From an uncultured Verrucomicrobia subdivision 3 bacterium (GTDB lineage Bacteria; Verrucomicrobiota; Verrucomicrobiia; Limisphaerales; UBA11358), in NCBI GenBank assembly GCA_903911825.1, contig CAIWFB010000050.1:1-63431 (forward strand): a stretch of 63,431 nucleotides of DNA, read 5' to 3'. Numbering within the stretch: position 1 is the stretch's first letter; each line of letters opens with the position of its first letter. Under the pieces are notes generated by a model. It was not told the DNA's origin. It saw only the letters and a program-made list of their open reading frames with translations, and did not search any database. The translations under genes and the position numbers were made by a program. This document shows positions 57,421 through 63,431 of the stretch, one piece after another.

Positions 57421-57548
57421 AACGCAAAGGCGCAGTGAGGCAAAGGCGCAAAGTTTTTAACCGCTAATCCTGGCTAATTTTCGCTAATCAGAAAGCTATT
57501 CGCGGATAATTCTTATCAGCGGAGATTAGTCAGGATTAGTGGTTTAAA
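57421..57548. repeat. Composite repeat: a cgcaaagg half-element plus an inverted element with 10-bp-periodic gctaat arms
   Basis: aacgcaaaggcgcagtgaggcaaaggcgcaaag (57421-57453); tttaaccgctaatcctggctaattttcgctaat ... atcagcggagattagtcaggattagtggtttaaa. Confidence 0.78.
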
Positions 57549-58027
57549 ATCACCGGATGGAAGGAGCGCAGTGGGCCTTTGGTTTTGCGGAGCAAAATTT
57601 CCGACCGACCTTGCACCAAAAAGTCAGACAGCTCGCCAATGCGCTGGTAGCCGTGGTGTTCGTAGAATTTTTGCGCGCGGAGGTTGAAGTCGGAGACGCA
57701 GAGAAACGCATTCGGGCTTTGCTGAAAAATCCGTTCTTCGGCGAAAGCCAAAAGTTGCGCGCCTAATCCGCTGCCGCGCTGGTCGGGGTGGATGGCGAGG
57801 AGTTGGAGGTAGCCGTTCAGCACGCCGTCGAGATGCAAGACGAGCGCGCCGACGACTTGGTTTTCCATTTCGGCCACATAAACGTCGCGCTGCGGATTAG
57901 ACAGGCGCTGAAAAATCTGTTCGGCGCTAAAATTCAGGGTCAGCCACGGCTCGGAGGCAGCCATGAAGTCGGCGCAGAGGCGGGCTTCAGCGGCATTTTG
58001 CAAGGGCCGGATGAAAAGTTTGTCCAT
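57536..58027 (-). CDS. GNAT family N-acetyltransferase
   Basis: LAIHPDQRGSGLG, LCVSDFN.RAQKFYEHHGY. ATG at 58027; the longer track ORF runs antisense into polX. Confidence 0.9.
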   Translation of the reverse strand: MDKLFIRPLQNAAEARLCADFMAASEPWLTLNFSAEQIFQRLSNPQRDVYVAEMENQVVGALVLHLDGVLNGYLQLLAIHPDQRGSGLGAQLLAFAEERIFQQSPNAFLCVSDFNLRAQKFYEHHGYQRIGELSDFLVQGRSEILLRKTKGPLRSFHPVILNH

Positions 58028-58105
58028 CAATTTGAGCATGCGGTGAAAACGCGGTGCAGACAACTTTGAACTTTGAACTCCGCACCTTGAACCTATATTT
58101 GGCGC

Positions 58106-59863
58106 ATGGACAAAGATAAAGTTGCCGAGATTTTGGTGGAGATAGGCGTGCTGTTGGAATTGAAGGGTGAAAATCCGTTCAAGACGCGGGCTTATGCGAA
58201 CGGCGCGCGGACGATTGAGGGTTTGACGGAACCGTTGGCATTGTTGGTGGCGGAAAAGCGGCTGGGCGAAGTCAAAGGTATCGGCGAGGCGCTGGAGCAG
58301 AAAATTACGGAGTTGGTGGAGACGGGGAAATTGAAATATTACGATGATTTGAAGGCGTCGATTCCGCCGGGATTGATTGAGATGTTGGAAATTTCCGGCC
58401 TGGGCCCGAAGAAAATTCAGGCGATGAATAAGCAGTTGGGCGTGGATTCGATTGAGAAATTGGAAGCTGCTTGCACCGCCGGTAAAGTGGCGGAACTCGC
58501 GGGTTTTGGCGAAAAAACGCAGGCGAATATTTTGGAGGGCATCACGCTGAAGCGCACTTATGCGAGTAAACATCGCATCAACGCTGCGTGGCTGGCGGCA
58601 GAGCCGATCCTGGAGAATCTGCGGTCGCAGCCGGATGTGATCCGGTGCAGCACGGCGGGCAGCTTGCGGCGGTTCAAAGAAGTCATCGGCGATATTGATT
58701 TTCTGGCGTCGTCAAAAAATCCGGCGGCGGTGATTGAATTTTTTGTGTCACAACCGGGCATAGTCAAGGTGCTGGCAAAAGGCGAAACTAAGGCGAGTGT
58801 GATTTTGGAAGGCGGTATTCAGGGCGATTTGCGCGTGGTGACGGATGCGGAATTTCCCTTTGCGCTGGCGTATTTCACGGGCAGTAAAGAGCACAACATC
58901 GCGATGCGCCAACGCGCGATTCAGCGTGGCCTGCGGCTAAATGAATATGGCCTATTCAAGTCCAAGGAGGAAACGCGCGACGCCAAACTTTTGGTGGCCT
59001 GCAAAACCGAAGAGGACATTTTTGCGAAACTGGACCTAGCATTTGTGCCACCGGAATTGCGCGAAGATCACGGCGAATTTGCGGCGGGCGAGAAGAATGA
59101 ATTGCCGAAACTCGTGGAATGGTCAGATTTGAAGGGCGCTTTGCACAATCACTCAAACTGGAGCGACGGCAAAAATACGTTGGAAGAAATCGCCGAGTTC
59201 ATGGACGACTTGGGGCTGCAATACTGGGCGATCACGGATCATTCTAAGGCGTCATATCAAGCGAATGGTCTGGATGCCGCGCGTTTGCGGCAGCAAATTC
59301 AAGAAATCGGCGCGTTGAATCGGAAATTTGCGGATGCGGGGCGGGATTTTCGGCTATTGACGGGGAGCGAAGTGGATATTTTGAAGGATAAGTTGGATTT
59401 TGACGATGATGTGCTGGCGGAATTGGACGTGGTGGTAGCGAGTCTACACGTTCCTTCGAGCGACGAATCGGAAAATACCAAGCGCCTCATTCGCGCGGCG
59501 AAAAATCCGCATGTCCATATTTTGGGCCATCTCACGGGGCGCTTACTCTTGGAACGCGAGCCGTATCCCGTGAATGTGCCAGCGGTGATTGATGCCTGCG
59601 CCGCTACGGGCACATGGATTGAACTGAATTGTAATCCTTACCGCATGGATTTGGATTGGCGGCACTGGCCATATGCCAAGAGCCGTGGCGTCAAATGTGT
59701 CATTAATCCCGACGCCCACCGGAATGCGCATGCCGGTTTCCTGCGATTAGGTGCAGGAATCGCTAGAAAGGGTTGGCTGGAAGCCGCCGACATCATCAAT
59801 ACTCTCCCCTTAAAAACACTGGGGTCGCAATTGTGTCGTTCAGGTGACAAATCATCCTCATAA
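58106..59863 (+). CDS. polX: DNA polymerase X with PHP domain
   Basis: ENPFKTRAY, GLGPKK, AGSLRR....GDID, YFTGSKEHN, LNEYG, LHNHSNWSDG, ITDHS, DAH. Confidence 0.95.
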   Translation: MDKDKVAEILVEIGVLLELKGENPFKTRAYANGARTIEGLTEPLALLVAEKRLGEVKGIGEALEQKITELVETGKLKYYDDLKASIPPGLIEMLEISGLGPKKIQAMNKQLGVDSIEKLEAACTAGKVAELAGFGEKTQANILEGITLKRTYASKHRINAAWLAAEPILENLRSQPDVIRCSTAGSLRRFKEVIGDIDFLASSKNPAAVIEFFVSQPGIVKVLAKGETKASVILEGGIQGDLRVVTDAEFPFALAYFTGSKEHNIAMRQRAIQRGLRLNEYGLFKSKEETRDAKLLVACKTEEDIFAKLDLAFVPPELREDHGEFAAGEKNELPKLVEWSDLKGALHNHSNWSDGKNTLEEIAEFMDDLGLQYWAITDHSKASYQANGLDAARLRQQIQEIGALNRKFADAGRDFRLLTGSEVDILKDKLDFDDDVLAELDVVVASLHVPSSDESENTKRLIRAAKNPHVHILGHLTGRLLLEREPYPVNVPAVIDACAATGTWIELNCNPYRMDLDWRHWPYAKSRGVKCVINPDAHRNAHAGFLRLGAGIARKGWLEAADIINTLPLKTLGSQLCRSGDKSSS

Positions 59864-59922
59864 ACAGATTAAATCCATTGGCTTAATCTGAGCTAAATGT
59901 GAATAAAAAATGGAAAAAAGCT

Positions 59923-59952
59923 TTGACGGCAAGCTCGCGCGATTGGTAGTTT
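59923..59952 (+). promoter_or_regulatory. Putative sigma70 promoter for the EPS locus
   Basis: TTGACG-N18-TAGTTT with an extended -10 TG and an upstream A-tract. Confidence 0.5.
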
Positions 59953-60025
59953 TTTGATTGTAGCAACCGACTGTGCGTACTTTTTTTGAATAGCAAGGAG
60001 AGGCAATGGTCTAATCTCCGAAAAC

Positions 60026-61426
60026 ATGAAAAAAATAATTGTGTCTGCTGGGTTGGTGGCGGTGAGTGCCGCCGGAATTCAGAACGTCTTTGCCGACGGT
60101 TCTGACATCATTTCCCCCAAGGCGTGGAGTGTATCAGGCACTTTGCGTGGTTTCTACGACGACAATTATGCCATTGGCACCCAGAAAAAGGGCAGCTTTG
60201 GTTGGGAAGTTTCTCCCAGTGTCTCACTCAATTTACCTTTTCAACAGACTGACATCGGCTTCCGTTACACCTACGGTTTTTATTACTATCAAGACCGTCA
60301 GGATATTGGGGCCAAGGCTTTTGATCAGACGCATCAGGTGGAATTTTGGTTGGATCACGCTTTTAACGAACGCTGGAAAGTTAATGTCACAGACACGTTC
60401 GCGGTTGGTCAGGAGCCTGAACTGCTAAATTCTCAGACCTCCCAGCAGTATCGTGTCGAGGGAAATAACATCGCTAACCATGCGCATATTTCGCTTGATA
60501 CTGAATGGACCCGTCAATTTAGCACCACGCTTCGCTACGGTAATAGCTTTTTTGATTATCAGAACAAAGGTGGCGTAGCGTCAGCAGATCCCGCCGCATT
60601 TGCGACCGGCGCAGGTTTTTCTCCGTCCACACCCGGCTTTAATAGTGGCTTTCTAGGTAATTATTATTCCATCAATGGTGGTCGCGGCGCTAGCTTGGCT
60701 GGCTTATTAAATCGCATAGAGCAGAACGTTGGCTTTGACCTAAACTGGACGCTCCAACCAGAAACGGTTTTATTTCTTGGTTATAATTTTGGTCTGTCAA
60801 CTTACACCGGCAATGAAGATATAGCGGTATTCAATTACTTGGATACAAATTTGGATTCACGTTCTCTCGTTTATCGCAGTGATTCGCGTGATAGCATGTC
60901 CCACTATGGTTATGTAGGTGCCTCCCATCAGTTCACCGCTAATATTAGTGGCACAGCACGCGTAGGTGCATCTTTTACTGATAGCTACAATGACCCGCTG
61001 CAACACAGCACCTCGATCGCTCCTTATGCTGATATGTCCATCAGCTACACTTACATTCCGGGTAGCTATGTTCAACTAGGTGTGACCCATGATTTGAACG
61101 CTACGGATGTGGTGCAGCCGAATGATCAGACCGGTAAAATCACTCAGTATCAGGAGAGCACGGTGATTTATAGCTCCATCAACCATAAGTTTACGCAGGA
61201 CTTGATTGGCACCATCATCGGTCGTTACCAAATCTCCAGTTTTCAGGGTGGAAATAACGACAGCGAATCGGATCAAACTTTTGGGGTCGGGGTCAACCTG
61301 CACTATCAGATCAGCCAGCACTTTTCCACAGAAGTTGGTTATAACTTCGATGATTTGCAATCAAAACTGCAGGGACGCAGCTATCAACGCAACCGTGTTT
61401 ACCTCGGTTTCGGTGCCAATTACTGA
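60026..61426 (+). CDS. Outer-membrane beta-barrel protein associated with polysaccharide export
   Basis: Signal peptide; YDDN N-terminal motif; alternating aromatic strands; RSYQRNRVYLGFGANY terminus; directly upstream of wzc. Confidence 0.82.
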   Translation: MKKIIVSAGLVAVSAAGIQNVFADGSDIISPKAWSVSGTLRGFYDDNYAIGTQKKGSFGWEVSPSVSLNLPFQQTDIGFRYTYGFYYYQDRQDIGAKAFDQTHQVEFWLDHAFNERWKVNVTDTFAVGQEPELLNSQTSQQYRVEGNNIANHAHISLDTEWTRQFSTTLRYGNSFFDYQNKGGVASADPAAFATGAGFSPSTPGFNSGFLGNYYSINGGRGASLAGLLNRIEQNVGFDLNWTLQPETVLFLGYNFGLSTYTGNEDIAVFNYLDTNLDSRSLVYRSDSRDSMSHYGYVGASHQFTANISGTARVGASFTDSYNDPLQHSTSIAPYADMSISYTYIPGSYVQLGVTHDLNATDVVQPNDQTGKITQYQESTVIYSSINHKFTQDLIGTIIGRYQISSFQGGNNDSESDQTFGVGVNLHYQISQHFSTEVGYNFDDLQSKLQGRSYQRNRVYLGFGANY

Positions 61427-61463
61427 TTTAGTATTTGAAGGCACCATGGTTTGAACACAACGC

Positions 61464-61501
61464 AAGGGAGCCCGGTCTAACGCTGGCTCCCTTATTTTTT
61501 T
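61464..61501 (+). terminator. Intrinsic terminator/attenuator between the beta-barrel gene and wzc
   Basis: aagggagcc-N12-ggctccctt followed by attttttt. Confidence 0.7.
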
Positions 61502-61506
61502 AAGAT

Positions 61507-63431
61507 ATGGAACAACTGACAAACTCGAATTCAAATCCCGCCCCAGCCCCAGAAGCTCGGTTGCACTTTTTGGATTATTGGCGCGTGATTCGCATTCGTA
61601 AGGCGATCATTATCACCGTCTTTTTGATTACGGCGATCATCGCCACGGCGGTCACCTTCATCCTGCCGGAATCGTTTGCCAGCACTTGCAAGGTTAAGGT
61701 GGAGAGCGACGCCGCTGATATTTCTGGTGGTAGTTTGATGCAGGTCAATCAGGCTGCTTATGAACCCTATTTTATCCAAACCACCTTTGAAATCATCCAA
61801 TCGCAGTTGGTTTTGAGCAATGTTATCGCTCAGTTAAACTTGAATACGGAGTGGGGGAAAAAATACTTCAATGGCGAGACGCTAAAATCAACGGAGACGT
61901 TAGAAATTTTGAAGGGGCGGATGTCGTTGTCGCCAGTGAGAAATACCAAGCTGATCAATATCACGGTTTATAGCGATGATAAAAATGAAGCCGCCGTCTT
62001 GGCTAATACCATCGCCGAAGCCTACAAAACTTATCGCACTCAGTTACGCACCCAAGCGGATAAAAAGGGCTTGGAAATCTTTCAAGATCAATATCTGACT
62101 GAGTCTAATCAGATTGTCCAGGTTCAGGAACATTTAGACACCTTGCGCCGTGATTTGGGGATCCACAACGACAGCGCTACTGGTCCTAGAGAGTCGTTTT
62201 CTGAAGCGCAACTGCAGCGCTATCGCGATAATGTTCTGGAGGGTGAAAAAATCTACAAAGAACAGGCTATGCAATTGGAGCAATTTCGGGCGATTGCGCA
62301 GACCAATAAAATGATGCTGCGCGATGTCTTGCCGACGATCACCTCGGATAGTGCGTTGGGCGGTTTGCTGGATCAATATCATGAAGCAAAACGTAAATAT
62401 GCTTCTCTGATTATTGATTATGCGACGAATAACATCAATGCGACGCGGGTTGAATCGTTGATTCAGGCGTTGGATTCGCAGATTAATGATCGGGTAGCGG
62501 GCATTTTGGTGGCTCTTGATACGCAGGTGAATTCCAAGAAAGCCGCTCTGGATTTATTCATTCAAAAAGTGGAGCAGGCCAAAGCGGATGATCAGTCTGA
62601 AGCCACAAAAAACCAGCCCTACTACGATGAAAAGCGCAAGCTGGAACAGATGTTAGAGCTGCATAAACTCCTTTATTCCAAAATTTCCATGCAGCAAATG
62701 GAGTTGGAAATCCCCAAGACCCAGATGGTTCAAGTCACGGACAAAGCAGAACCTGGCAAAGCTCCGGTCAAACCCAACAAGACGCTTAACATCACGCTTG
62801 GTTTGATTTTCGGTCTGATTATGGGCGTCGGCTTGGCATTCTTCATTGAATACCTCGATACCAGCGTTAAGACCATTGATGACGTGGAACGCACCTTTCA
62901 AGCGCCCGTGCTCGGCGTTATTCCCCAAAACATTGGCTATCTGCTCGAAGACGGTGCCGAAAGTAAACACGCCGAAGCGTATCGGGTGTTGCGAACGAAC
63001 CTGCTCTTCTCGCGTAAAGACGAGAAACTTAACACCATCGTCGTCGTCAGTGCCGGCGCGGGTGAAGGTAAATCGACCACCACGATTAACTTGGCGACGG
63101 TCTTTGCCCAAGCGGGTAACCGCGTGTTGATTGTGGACTCCGATTTGCGCCGTCCGACGTTGCACAAATTATTTAAGGTGACGAACAATCTTGGGTTGAC
63201 CAACTATCTCCTCAAGCAAAACACCGTGCCCGAAGTCGTGCAGACCACGCAGGTGCCGAACTTGGATTTCATGGCCAGCGGTAAATTGCCCAATAGCTCC
63301 ATGGGTATTCTCGGTTCTGCCCAGATGAAGGAAATGATCGCCGAGCTCAAACAGCGCTACGACTTCATCTTCTTTGATTCACCCCCGATTTTGGGCGTGA
63401 GCGATGCCTCCATTCTGGCCAGCGAAGTGGA
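61507..63431 (+). CDS. wzc: Polysaccharide co-polymerase/BY tyrosine kinase (Wzc-like), truncated by the window end and absent from the ORF track
   Basis: Hand translation: MEQLTNS...LHFLDYWRVIRIRK, TM, coiled coil, PVKPNK TM, EAYRVLRTN, SAGAGEGKST (Walker A), VDSDLRRP, FDSPP. Confidence 0.92.
   Translation, partial: MEQLTNSNSNPAPAPEARLHFLDYWRVIRIRKAIIITVFLITAIIATAVTFILPESFASTCKVKVESDAADISGGSLMQVNQAAYEPYFIQTTFEIIQSQLVLSNVIAQLNLNTEWGKKYFNGETLKSTETLEILKGRMSLSPVRNTKLINITVYSDDKNEAAVLANTIAEAYKTYRTQLRTQADKKGLEIFQDQYLTESNQIVQVQEHLDTLRRDLGIHNDSATGPRESFSEAQLQRYRDNVLEGEKIYKEQAMQLEQFRAIAQTNKMMLRDVLPTITSDSALGGLLDQYHEAKRKYASLIIDYATNNINATRVESLIQALDSQINDRVAGILVALDTQVNSKKAALDLFIQKVEQAKADDQSEATKNQPYYDEKRKLEQMLELHKLLYSKISMQQMELEIPKTQMVQVTDKAEPGKAPVKPNKTLNITLGLIFGLIMGVGLAFFIEYLDTSVKTIDDVERTFQAPVLGVIPQNIGYLLEDGAESKHAEAYRVLRTNLLFSRKDEKLNTIVVVSAGAGEGKSTTTINLATVFAQAGNRVLIVDSDLRRPTLHKLFKVTNNLGLTNYLLKQNTVPEVVQTTQVPNLDFMASGKLPNSSMGILGSAQMKEMIAELKQRYDFIFFDSPPILGVSDASILASEV

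Noticed and set aside
57402-57535. TPP riboswitch upstream of thiD
   Set aside because: No CTGAGA/ACCTGA core; the interval is filled by repeats.
57536-58573. 345-aa version of the GNAT ORF
   Set aside because: The extra N-terminal part is antisense to polX; the GNAT fold begins at ATG 58027.

Overview
Bacterial chromosomal DNA, most likely from Verrucomicrobiota subdivision 3 (Pedosphaerales/Limisphaerales-like). This is inferred from the ECF sigma factor with a TM-linked C-terminal extension, the prepilin/H-X9-DG protein and the autotransporter-repeat-like surface protein. About 40 kb (2418-42601) is a polysaccharide-utilisation locus whose enzymes match, by recalled family motifs, the rhamnogalacturonan-II (RG-II) machinery: GH78 x2, GH141, four PL1, GH142, GH138, GH127, GH43, GH33, DUF4038, DUF3826 and DUF6298, plus transporters and catabolic enzymes. 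It has no SusC/SusD or TonB receptor; a separately terminated prepilin plus large surface-protein pair heads it instead. After a tRNA(CAT) come a PAS hybrid kinase, an OprB porin, an SPFH protein, a housekeeping run (queE, aminotransferase, rsmA, NUDIX, clpP, methyltransferase), two atypical subtilases, thiD, a GNAT, polX and the start of an EPS/capsule locus (beta-barrel, wzc). The most interesting signals are: (i) a shared ~70-aa C-terminal domain on four exported proteins from three unrelated families, a candidate export/sorting signal; (ii) a strong Thr-Asn dipeptide excess in exported proteins, a candidate modification motif; (iii) small inverted elements with 9-10-bp-periodic arms and 7-bp tandem arrays that overlap gene ends, coding loops and one signal peptide; (iv) an ECF-type promoter shared by the sigma gene and its neighbour. 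All family calls come from motif recognition; no database search was run.
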